DNA of 55,515 nt, the filler included, from Catajapyx aquilonaris (Eukaryota), in assembly GCA_000934665.2 (NCBI GenBank). It is 3 parts of 3 records of this genome, joined end to end, with 100 filler letters (N's around TTAATTAATTAA, not from the genome) between each part and the next. Parts side by side here need not be neighbours in the genome. Positions count along the whole stretch, not along the records: positions 1 to 18,397 come from JYFJ02006708.1; positions 18,498 to 36,882 come from JYFJ02006709.1; 1 more part is not named here. One strand, written 5' to 3'. Position numbers and translations under genes: made by a program. A model generated the notes under the pieces. That model saw only the letters and a program-made list of their open reading frames with translations, searched no databases and was not told the DNA's origin. Positions 11,279 through 22,290 of the stretch are shown one piece after another. Position 1 is the stretch's first letter; each line of letters opens with the position of its first letter.

Positions 11279-12296
11279 TGTAATACCCAAATCACAATCT
11301 ACTCATGGAAAGGGTCAACATTTTATTAATTTCCATTAATTCCATTAATTTGGCTAAATCGATGGATGAAATACTTTCAATGCACAAAATAGTGATGCAA
11401 AGGAGCTACTGCCATTGTGTACTCCTTTTAAGTGCCCATTGTCTCCGATGTCATCAGAACTGTGCCTCCCTAACTGTGCCAATTAGTGAAAATTAATAGT
11501 GTTGGGAGTGTTCATCATTTTTTTTTTAGCTTTCGTATGTGTGAAGCAGGTCTGGGTTGGGATGCTATTCATAAATAGAGGCAGAGACTTGCACCAGAGC
11601 AAGTTTAATCACCCCCTCTGGCTGGTTATATTTTTACCAGAAATCCCAATTCTTCCTGCTAGTCAGATATCTGCCATTTGAATGGCTGCAATAACTAGGT
11701 TATGATTATTACCAAGCACCCTGAAGTTTGAGAAGTTATTGATGATTACAGCTGTGTCATATTATGTACTCAGTCCCTGAATAATGTGCTTTGTTTTATG
11801 TGTTTTGAGTCATTGCAGTGTTATGTAATGACAGCTGGCGGGAAATTTCTACACAGTATTGTTCATAGTTTTTTTTCACTTTGTTGTGTCCAATAGTGAG
11901 CAGGTTGGTGTATGATTTATATCTTTAAAAGATGTTATTTTGGAGATTGTTGTCTGAGCATATACATGTGTAAAGGAACCATTCACCGAGGAAGCTGCAA
12001 CATCTGGATTTAAAAGTGAGGGTGTACTTCTGAAACTGTGGAGGTCTTCTCCCCGAGTGTTCCAAGAATATGACATGATGTATTTCGAAGAATCACATGC
12101 GGATACAGCGATGTCATATTATGTATTCACAGTCCAAGAGAGTAATGTGTTCTGTGTATTTCCAATCACACTGAGTTATAATGTAATGGCCTGCTATTAC
12201 TCTTATTTTGAAACTCCTTACTGCTTCCCGCTTAGTAAATTAATTTTTTCTTCTTCCTGTCATAACTTGTGAAGAAGGCTGTGCACATGTTAAAAG

Positions 12297-12395
12297 ATGG
12301 TAATTTGGATCGATAGTGCATGGACCATTAGTGCACAGGAACCAACTACAGGAAAGAAGTCCTTTCGCAAACATGGACTTGTGGCATTCCCTGCT
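12297..12395 (+). pseudogene. Short pogo/Tigger DDE transposase C-terminal fragment
   Basis: WIDSAWTIS...KKSFRKHGL resembles the pogo W-x3-AW...SF-x2-CG motif. Confidence 0.45.
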
Positions 12396-13526
12396 GGGGA
12401 CAAAAGCGACGAGCAGCATGCCAGTCCAGAGAAGCAGCAAAGTGACTTATCAGTCATGATCCATATGTCTACCATATTGTTTACTCAATCCCACATTCAT
12501 GTTACTCACAGGCTTAATCATGCATCCAAGCACAAATGCAGGAAACTGTGGACTAAAAGTGAAGGAATCTGCTCAGACATATCAGCAGTGTGCTCATTTT
12601 TATGATGGATAAATGTGGTCAGTTGTGGCAAGAGTGTAAAGAAGGCTAAGTTGAGTTGCACAATACTAGTGTGGACTTTTTGGGCACTTTTCCACCTCTG
12701 CATGATGTCACCACTTCCATTCTTCCTACCTGCTTTTGCAAGTGATAACACATCTAGTAAGTAACCATCACCCAATTCCTGTTCATGCCTTTCATGGAAT
12801 ATTGCATCAACTGTGGTTTGCTTTGAATCCTAGTTCACAAGTGCTTTACTGGTAGCCCAGTGAAGCCTTCCTTATTTAATCCGCTTCTGTTCATCACCTT
12901 AGTGCAAGGATGATGTATATCTACATGAATAGGTTTTTTTTTTGTTTACTCCTAGATTGCTGGAGCTGTTCGTCTGCAATTGTGTGGTGTGTGTAAATAT
13001 TCGAGTGATATTACCTGATGGACAGTGTAGATTGATTCTTATGAAGTGTATTTTATTTCCCGAATCCCAAGGCCTTATTGAAAGAACGTTTTGAGCCATA
13101 TCCTTGATCCACCAGAAAAGGACTCATTTGTTAACCCCAATGGGTTCTCATAAGGCATCTGCCATTGATTGCTTCTTTAATTTTGGTGGAATTAAAAGAT
13201 GCAGTTTAACTGGAGAGTTTTCTCGTATTGTGCACAAGAGAGTTCCTTTGATTGAAAGTTATGTTTGTATAATGTATCCCATCAAGCATGGTTTTAAAAG
13301 AATTTACTTTGGCTTTTGCGTGTTTGGAATTTTTTTTGACTGCAACAGTAATGGTGCTACTTCCAGTATAATTGGACAATAATTATTGATACATTTTTCT
13401 ACTAAATGCCACGTTTCACTAGTTGAATTATCAACAAGACTGTCGTTATAGGACAAATTGCACTAGCAAGTAGCCCTTTCACAAGTGTCAGATCTGTGGT
13501 CATCTTGGTATGCAGCACGGTTGGAC

Positions 13527-14040
13527 CACTGACAACCAAAGTGACTCTTCTTACTCTCCTCAATTTCGAAAAATTTTGGATTTCCTAATTCTGCTTGGCC
13601 TATAGTGTTGTGCAAACATCGCCTCTGCTGCTAATTTTCACGTCAAAATACAAGCTAAATGCGATATTCCGAAGCCACAACACCTAGCAGCCGGTCGCGG
13701 GTTGCAGGTCCCCGGTTGCTGCGATTGTAGCGCGCTCTAGGGTGGCGCGAGCAAGTAGAATATGACCTCACATGCTTCGAAATCGATTTTGTGTAGCAAT
13801 TTATGAATCAAGTTTAATCAATCATTTACATATCGCTGATATCAGTCGCGACAACCCGCGACCGGATGCAGGTGTTGTGGCTTCGGAATTTCGAGTATTT
13901 TGGCTTGTATTTTGACCCTGCTAACGTGAAAATTGGCAGTAGAGGTGATGTTTGCACAACACTATAGGCCAAGCAGAATTTGAAAATCAAAAAAATTTCA
14001 AAATTTAGGAGGGTAAGAAGAGTTAGTTTGGTTGTGAGGG
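13527..14040. mobile_element. Foldback MITE with ~170-bp imperfect TIRs
   Basis: ctgcttggcctatagtgttgtgcaaacatc...ttccgaagccacaacacct is inverted at 13870-13980. Confidence 0.75.
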
Positions 14041-14203
14041 GTTGTAGACTACCTTACCCAAATCCCATAGTCTACGCGCGCCCCAAAAAAGTGGCAGGGT
14101 GGGGTAGTAAACAAAGTGTGATAAAAAATCGCTCCTAAGATTATCTGGACTCTAGAATTTATAATTATTAATCATAATAATAGAGCTAGGATGGCACCAG
14201 TTA

Positions 14204-14256
14204 TATCATTATTATTATTATTATTATTATTATCATTATTATTATTATTATTATTA

Positions 14257-14291
<35 letters not shown>

Positions 14292-14619
14292 TAACGTTAC
14301 CCCGTGATAGGCCCTTTTAGGGGGGTGGAATACCACCACCCTTCAATTTTTCTGTAATTTTTTTCTTCTGACTCCGGTGCAAGGATGAAAGGATATGGGG
14401 TAAGGATGTGGATTTCTGGGGAGGGGACACAGGTGCAAGTGCAATGTCTGGAAAGGGGTCATGTGGAGTCCCCCAGGAGGCTAGGTTGCCAAGACGCCTC
14501 CTAGGCGCGGGTGAGAGACCCACTGACGCAGGCGGAAGGGAACTCCCGGGCGGGGATCGAACCCGGGACCTTCCGCACAGCAAGCCGAGATGTTACCATC
14601 TCGGTCACCACGCCTCCCC
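14204..14619 (-). mobile_element. tRNA-derived SINE, family C
   Basis: Minus-strand head ggggaggcgtggtgaccgagatggt...ggttcgatcc, (AAT)n tail; second copy at 40628-40952. Confidence 0.9.
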
Positions 14620-14844
14620 CCCACCAAAGTTAAAAGTTAATTTGACAGTTAACAACTGAAACAAATATGATTACACTTTGGACAGTGAATTTCTGTGGGG
14701 TCTGGTAATAATTGCTGTCACTACGTTAATTTGTTACGTAGCAGGACATTCAATTTAATGATGAACCTGAGGGGCCACACAAATCCAAAGACTGCATTGA
14801 AATTAATTACAAAAAGTTCTCAGAGAATTTCAGACTGTTTCCAT

Positions 14845-15872
14845 CAGGGTTGTGAACCGAACCGAACCCTTGCTCCGTGAACCAAATAACATCGGAGCCA
14901 CTTTGGAGCAGTAGAGCCAGGTCCGGAGCAAGTCTCGGAGTTTGGTTCGGGTTCGAGCCGGTTCAGGGGGAGAGTGAAGCCAAGGTCGGAGCGGGTGCGG
15001 AGTTTGGTTCAGGCCAACAGCTCTGGAGTTGAACCCGGTTCCGGAGCAGGTTTGGAGCGGTTCAGAGCTTGGTTAGGTCCAACATACCAACGCAACGGGG
15101 GGAAAGGCAGAAAAACCGCTGGATTTACTCCAGCGTATGCGTCATGTTTTCATGGTGGGAGAATGACATTTCCCAGCACCCACGATACAGGGTGTACCGC
15201 AAATGTCACATTTTTATGTCGTATGCATTTTTGTGTCACAATATGTCATACCCATTTTTGTATGTCACATTCTCATGTCATACGCATTTGTTGTAGCTAT
15301 GTCACATTTTTGTCATACGCATTTGTTGTATGTCACATATGACATATTGTAACGTACAAAAATGCGTATGACATAAAAATGTGACATACAGCAAATGCGT
15401 ATGACATGAGAATGTGACATCCAAAAAATTGGTATGACATATTGTGACATACAAAAATGCGTATGACATAAAAAGGTGACATTTGCGGTACACCCTGTAT
15501 CGCTGGTGCTGGGAAATGTCATTCTCCCACCATGAAAACATGACGCATACGCTGGAGTAAATCCAGCGGTTTTTCTGCCTTTCCCCCCGTTGCGTTGGTA
15601 TGTTGGACCTAACCAAGCTCTGAACCGCTCCGAACGGTCTCCGGAACCGGGTTCAACTCCGGAGCCGTTGGCCTGAACAAAACTTCGGAGCAAGCTGGCA
15701 AGCTCCCAACGAAACTCCGGACCTGCTCTGACCTTGGCTCCACTCTCCCCCGGAACCGGCTCGAACCCAAACCAAACTCCGACACTCGCTCTGGACCCGG
15801 CTCTACTGCTCTGGAGTGGCTCCGATGTTATCGGGTTCACGGAGCAAGGGTTCGGTTCGGTTCACAACCCTG
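14845..15872. mobile_element. hAT-type palindromic MITE
   Basis: TIRs cagggttgtgaaccgaaccgaaccc / gggttcggttcggttcacaaccctg; perfect 8-bp TSD gtttccat. Confidence 0.9.
15076..15609. mobile_element. Palindromic MITE at the symmetry centre of the hAT element
   Basis: ta|ggtccaacatacc...ggtatgttggacc|ta; near-identical arms, internal TGTCACA/TGTCATA repeats. Confidence 0.65.
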
Positions 15873-17263
15873 GTTTCCATGACTTACAGAAGTGAAATTA
15901 TCTACACATTTTTGAATGAAGGGATATTTAAAGCCATTTCACATTAATTGAATTGAAATTTTATATCGTAGCACATTGGACTGCAATACATGTCATCACA
16001 GTTTAATTTATTAATAAATAACAATGTTAAATGTAGTTCAGCAAAGTGTAGCAATTTCTGAAAACATACACGAGATATAAACATTTTTAATTCAGTGAAA
16101 TTTTTTTTGTATAATTAATTTCAATCAGTCTTTGTGTTTTTGTGGCCTCTCACATTCATCATTAAAATTAATGACCTGCTAAGTAACAAATTAAGATAGT
16201 GACAGCAGTTATTACCAGACCTCACAGAAATTCACTGTCCAAAGCTTAATCATATTTATTTCAGTTGTTAACTCAAATCCACTTCAACTTTGGTTTCTCC
16301 CTAACTCCAATGTTACGATTCATAATTATCCATTCTAAAGTCCAGATAATCTTAACTGAGATTTTTTATCATATTTTGTTTACTACCCCACCCCACCACT
16401 TTTTTGGGGCGTGTGTAGGCTACAGGATTTGGGTAAGGTATCAATATCAATTAGAATCAACTTAGATTGGCATATTGTACCTCGCTGGCTCCCAGACAGT
16501 TAAATTGACCAGCTAGTGTTCGAAGGCAGCACCACATTAGGATGTGTAAAGTACATATTTAAAACTGGATTAGAACTGTTCATACTGCTAAAGCAGTGTT
16601 GGATGATTTTAAGAAAAGTATTTCCATCACAAAGTAATTAAATTAATATCCTGGAAGCCAAAATGTCATTTCCCAGTGTTTTCAGTAACTGGAAAGGTAG
16701 TGATGGCAGGAGAGGAGTTGCCTTCGTTTATGAAAACAGCTGCAACTTGTGACATCATACATTCTCCTTCCCACTGTTCCAAGCAGTTCCCAGGTAGGCA
16801 GCCAAGCCTCTCGTCCACCATATATGAGTATCTGAAAGGTGCTAATACCTTGCTAATACTGAGAATGAATCACTGGAATGATATTGAGAACTGCTCTTGG
16901 GACTAGGGGGTTTGGGGCTGGGGAGTGCTGATAGAGGGGAAATTGGGAAATGTAGGGGAGGGGAGTGGGTGGGCCTCAGTCACAACCTTTTGTTGGATCC
17001 TCCATACAGGGGGTATGGTTAAGGATGCCGATGGCATGACCCTTTATTTGACTTAATGATATGGAATAATAGCTAATATCAAATGGACGCATTGCTTGCT
17101 GGATGCAAATGTCTGTCTCGTGTAAAGTAAACTGAGTCAGGGAATGAGTTTTGTAGGCAGGTCTGAATTGCCATGAACTGAAAACGCGATTTTGTGTAAC
17201 TGACTCCATTTTACTTGACCATTTTCTTCTGTAGATTGTTTATGCAGTTCTGCAATTTTTTAA

Positions 17264-17532
17264 CCCTGGAACTGTGCCGTGCCTGAAAGTATTACAGCAA
17301 CCGTGCTGTGGGGTCTTTTCGAACCCCACCATATTTTTATTTTAATACTTTTCAATGTATTGACTACGAATGCAATCATTATTTGAACAATTCCTAAAAT
17401 GATCGCTAATTCAAAATAAACATGCACTTCCTGTTATATACTGTAAAAAATGGCAAAAGTTCATTGTAATTATCATTTTAATCCATTTTAATTCCTTGGG
17501 GTCCAAAAAGACCCTATGGCACAGTTCCAGGG
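17264..17532. mobile_element. piggyBac-type MITE
   Basis: TTAA|ccctggaactgtgcc...ggcacagttccaggg|TTAA. Confidence 0.9.
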
Positions 17533-18397
17533 TTAAGGAAGTCTGAGCAATGTCAATTGGGAACTGGCTGTATTGGAATGTACGAGGTATACTGGTACAG
17601 TGGTACCTGACTAATATAGGCCATTCATTATCACAAATAGCTTTGCTGGACCCTTTGGACAGGCCCCTAAAACCGTGGGTTCAACAGAATATCAGTTGAT
17701 TATCACGTTTCATGGGTCATGGTTGTCCCAGATGACTTACCTGTTTTGGATGGTCATGCACTAAAAGGACATGAACATAGACAAAAAGATGAAGATGATG
17801 TATGATGCAAGGCACAAACAAGTTCACTGGAAAATCAGTGATGTGTGTGTTCAAATGCAAAGGCTACTGCCTTGGAACAGTTGTAATGGAATTCCAGTGA
17901 ACTTCTAGCAGATTTTCAATAGGGATCACTGGCCACGATTGCACTGCCAGGATATTTGATAGAATGATTCTTAAAGAGGTGAGTGCAAGCACTTTGGTGT
18001 AATGTCTTATTGTACTTCCATTAGTACCTGCCATAAAAGTCAATGAACATTTAAATATTTGAATATTCGTGAATTTTCGAGGGTATTTTTCAATGGGATT
18101 GGTTACCTTCTGATAGGTATCTGGCCTGCTGGGTTCAGTGGGGCTTAACGTCGGCCTATATCTGCCTCTAAGGCTCAACACCGACGCCAGGGGGTGGTCC
18201 TCCTGGAAATGGCCACTCCGGGGATCTTTAACGTGCCTGCTATGGAATTCTCTTGCAAACTCCAAACGTGATTGAAATGCTGCGCTTCTGACGTAAGGGT
18301 GTCTTTACACGTTCCACAAAGTTGAAGCAACTTTGTTGAATGACGTCACTGCAACAAAGTTGCACGTGTAAACGCGCATGCTCCACAGTTGAAAGGT

Positions 18398-18497
18398 NNN
18401 NNNNNNNNNNNNNNNNNNNNNNNNNNNNNNNNNNNNNNNNNTTAATTAATTAANNNNNNNNNNNNNNNNNNNNNNNNNNNNNNNNNNNNNNNNNNNN
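18398..18497. other. Artificial 100-bp contig spacer
   Basis: N-run with central TTAATTAATTAA (stops in all six frames). Confidence 0.95.
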
Positions 18498-18929
18498 TGT
18501 GCTCTATTCCTGCTGGAGAATTATCGTACCAAATTTCATTAACATTAAAAAATAGAGGGTGAAGTCCTTTGCATGATCTCTCATGGAATTGCCCCGCTAC
18601 GGGTGTAACATCCGCGTGAACACGAAGGTCTCATTTTGTCAGTTCATATGCTGCTCCTGTCCCGTTTCCTTCGAAATAGTAACTGTCATGTTGTAAAAAT
18701 GCGACTTTTTTGCGGCCATGAAAAACACTGGAATGTCTTGAGGTTATTAGACTTTTAAAGTGTCTGGACGGCGTACCGGTAATTTTTTGGTCTTTTTTTT
18801 GTCTGTTGGATGCCCCTACATTTTGGTGACTTTATCTGTATGAAGAAGCTGTTTAGTTAAAAAAATTTCCTCACCTGAGTTGAAATTTTGTAACAATTTC
18901 ATGTTGGTCAAAATATCATTTTCTCATGT

Positions 18930-19230
18930 TTATTCACTACATAATAATTTTGTCCAACATGGGAGGCTGACCCTTGCCGGAACCACCCTGAGAGCGTGGT
19001 AATCAACTTGATTAATATTATAAATAAGTGCATCATCCGTAATCTTTATATCGCATTGAACTGTCAATCTGCCCGTTTGGAAAAAGGAATCTGTCTTCTT
19101 CATACACGTTGGGGTCACGTCCGTACGTTGCGTCATACCCATAAGTCATACGAAACGAATTAGGAATCTCAGGAACGTCCGGCAGAATATATAAAAATTG
19201 TTCTTCCTGTTGTCTGGACGTCATAACCAT
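18930..19230 (-). pseudogene. MATH-domain-like remnant
   Basis: TYGY...YEEDRFLFPNG / RLTVQCDIKITDD across one frameshift resembles the C-terminal strand of SPOP-type MATH domains. Confidence 0.35.
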
Positions 19231-21989
19231 TTAATTGTTGGGACATTGCGTATATTGCTAACAATGTGGAAATGACAGGGATTGGATGTGATACAGAGTA
19301 ATTTAATGGGTCCCAAATATATTCATCATTGTCATGAAAACAATCTGCGAGGTGTGGTTATTGATTGAAAATGCATGTTGGTAAATTTGCGGGTATATCT
19401 TTACATGAGAGTAAAAAGGCCGCGTAACATGCGAATTCTGTTGTTTTTTTTACCGAACCCCTTTTGTGAACCCTCCGAGGCACCACACCTTAATTACTGC
19501 TAATTAAAGCTTGTTGAATAAAGTACATACCCTCTGATACACAAAAAAATAAGAAGAGCGGGAGAGATTCAAGGTGACCCGAACAAATCCTATTACTAGT
19601 GGTGGTTATATGCTGATGATCACGTTATGTATGAAAAGGATTTCACTTTATACGCAATCCCCACATTATGAATCATGCCAAGTTGCGAATGTATATTATT
19701 TTCATTTTCATAACACCCATTAAAAATTCGTGCGATTATGATCTCTCTTTTGAGGTGCATGGCCGAAAGTGGAAAAGATGATCAGGAAATGAACATGTGC
19801 CTCTAGGGCTATACTTTGCCTAAATGTGGTCACGTCGAGTGAAAGTACGCATTCTAAAATGGTTGGACATGTGACGCAATAGCCTCGTCTTCCATACCAC
19901 CAATATCTAAATAGATCATCGAAGTACGTAACGGAGCAGGATACAGTACCCTAACTGTCCCCTAGTATTGTGTTGGACAAAAAAAAATTGTGTAGGAATC
20001 ACAGTGGTGCACATAGCCACGCCCTTGGCCATGGTCAGCGGCATATGGAGGAACTAGTGACAATAGCAGAACATCAGCGCCCCTAGCGTGTGGCCTACTG
20101 GTGATGACCGCTAGAAAATCGTGATCAGACTAGGCACGTGGAGTCATGCAGAAAAGCGCGCAGAAAAGTTGCCGGAAATTGAAAAGGAGGATTTGGAGGA
20201 TCCTGATTGTTGATTAGAAGGATGGGGTCAAGTGGCTACTCTTCAGGAGGGTCCGCTAAGCGCCCCGATCCGGGAGCCTATCAGATGCCAGGGTGCTCCT
20301 TTTTTGTATTGTGGTGTGTGTCAGGTTTGACAGAGGGAGCCTCTGAGAAAAAGAGAGAGTAATTACTGAGAGAGAAATTAGGCAGGTATACCGTTGCTGA
20401 TTATTTTGTAAACATCAATAGCGGGATGAAGTTAGGCACTTGATTTCTATGGGGATATAACCCACGTTTTTTGTTCCTAATATTGTCCCGTCTCTAAGTC
20501 GGTACATTAATTAGTAGTAGCAGACATATCCTTTGGATGGGCTTTAAGACAAAGCTTCCTACCCCCTAAGAAAAATGAACCATGTCCTTTCCTCTAACAT
20601 TCTTGAAGAATCCGCCCCTGTCCAATTTGTATCCGAGGCTCATCATTTACTGGACCTTAACATCTCTCTTCGGGGCACACTTGCATCACGAGAGAAGCTG
20701 TTTGTTTTCACAACTAACTTTTACTAATGGTGGGCAACTTGTAGGAAGGATGATGGAGCGATTTACCATGGAATGCTGGAAGGGCCATGGCCAATTAATC
20801 CAACTGTTAAACAATTCGTAATTGGTCGTAATGTTTGGGATAGGTAAAAAGCTGACAAAATATATAGGAAGTCAACAATTGAACAATTAGCGATTTTTTA
20901 ATTATTTTCATAATGAAACCTAAGTGCAAAATTGTTGGAGATAGGTGTTCCTCAAAAAACCACTTTTTAAAAAAATGTTGCAAAAAAAAATAGTTTCCTT
21001 TGTTTATGAGGTGGAAAGCAGGTCTGATAAAATTTTAAGACGGATTGTAAATGGGCTTGCATGTGCAATTCAGTCATTCGGTTAGTGCTTCAGGGCTCAA
21101 GAGCATTGATTATGGTTTTCGGGCAATGAAAAAAAAGAAGTGGAGCAAACGTATCATTAGCTGGAGATATGATCCATGTATCCATGCATGCGAGTTTGAG
21201 AGCCAGCTAACCCCCATTGCTCTTTTGCAAATCGACGTCTGCAAACTAGGAAGTTGACAAACCACGCAAGGAAAGTGCTAGGCTGTCCCCCAAACGGTAC
21301 TTTACACTAATCAGCTTCGATTGACCCAGGAGATTTGGAATTTTTGACCGCCTAAATTGTTGCATCAATTGTATCGACACTATTTTCTTTAATTAATAAT
21401 AAGTAGGCAGCAACTTGCCAAAATTAGGCAAAAAATTAGGCAAAAGTGCACCAGGTAGCAGCGTCGAAGCGACATCCGACGGTGAAGTGCAGAAGTAAGC
21501 GAGTCGCCACCCAGGAGGTGGCGCCTGGAACGGCGGAAATGGAAATTCCGTGGAACGGCCGCGTTTTTTTGCGTTTTTAAAGTTTTACGAAGCATCGTTT
21601 CCAAAAAACAAAAAACAAAAGTGGTTTGCAAATATATAAAACACGGGCTACATTTTGCCACCACTCTCAAAGCTATAGGGCGTACGGTGCGGGTATTTAA
21701 TAATTTTTCTTAATCGACCCTTAACCAAAGTTCAAATATAGAAACTGGTTCTTATAGAGGAATGTGCGACAATTAGTGCCCATCGTAATTCTAATTCGAG
21801 TATAACATAAACGCTAGCTTCACGCTGCTTGTTAGATTTAATTAAAGTAAATAAGAGCTGGAGCTGTACTTCACACCACAGGTTTCCCTATATAGTAGCT
21901 AAATTTAAAAACTAAAATAGCTTTTTTTTCTGAGTTTTATTAAAAGTTAAGGCGTACTTTCTTATTCTTTTTCTTCTTACAAGTAGGCG

Positions 21990-22290
21990 CCGCCTGACTC
22001 ACTGTTTGCCATGGGTGTAGGCTAATAAATCTAAGGAGCTCCAGACCTTGGTCCAAGTTCGCCTGTATCTCGAGGCATATTAATTCGACCCTTTAGAGCC
22101 GGATGAAAAATGCGGACCAGCATTCTGTTTGGAGCTGGAATTTGTTGCAGTCAAAATGTTGGGCTTTCGCTTTTGCTTTACGAGCCCTTTATTTTTTTAA
22201 AAAAGAAAAAGTTGGGTACAAGTTGTGCTAAAATACTCTGTCAGCTCCTTGCAAATTTATGCTATTATTTATGGTACAAGCTGGCCAAAA
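21990..22290 (+). pseudogene. Cyclin-box-like remnant
   Basis: ...ANKSKE...CLELEFVAVKMLGFRFCFTS / PFIFLKKKKL...LCQLLANLCY resembles cyclin box helices 3 and 5 (A.K.EE; E...L..L.F......P..FL). Confidence 0.45.

Larger units (their letters stand above)
14052..16438. mobile_element. Long-TIR Tc1/pogo-type non-autonomous element with nested insertions
   Basis: TA|ccttacccaaatcc...ggatttgggtaagg|TA; arms 14052-14180 plus 14625-14820 match 16100-16438 inverted. Confidence 0.8.

Noticed and set aside
12600..13450. Possible decayed coding region
   Set aside because: Short protein-like stretches on both strands, but no recognisable motif or splice pattern
14974..15840. Paired near-identical ORFs on opposite strands (also 37.2-37.7 and 50.6-52.1 kb)
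   Set aside because: Mirror translations of palindromic MITE arms with no protein motifs
18130..18245. Meta/Ruka-like SINE fragment (gggatctttaacgtgc)
   Set aside because: Only a short motif; no head, tail or TSD to support a call
18442..18453. TTAATTAATTAA as a biological motif
   Set aside because: Assembly linker inside N-runs
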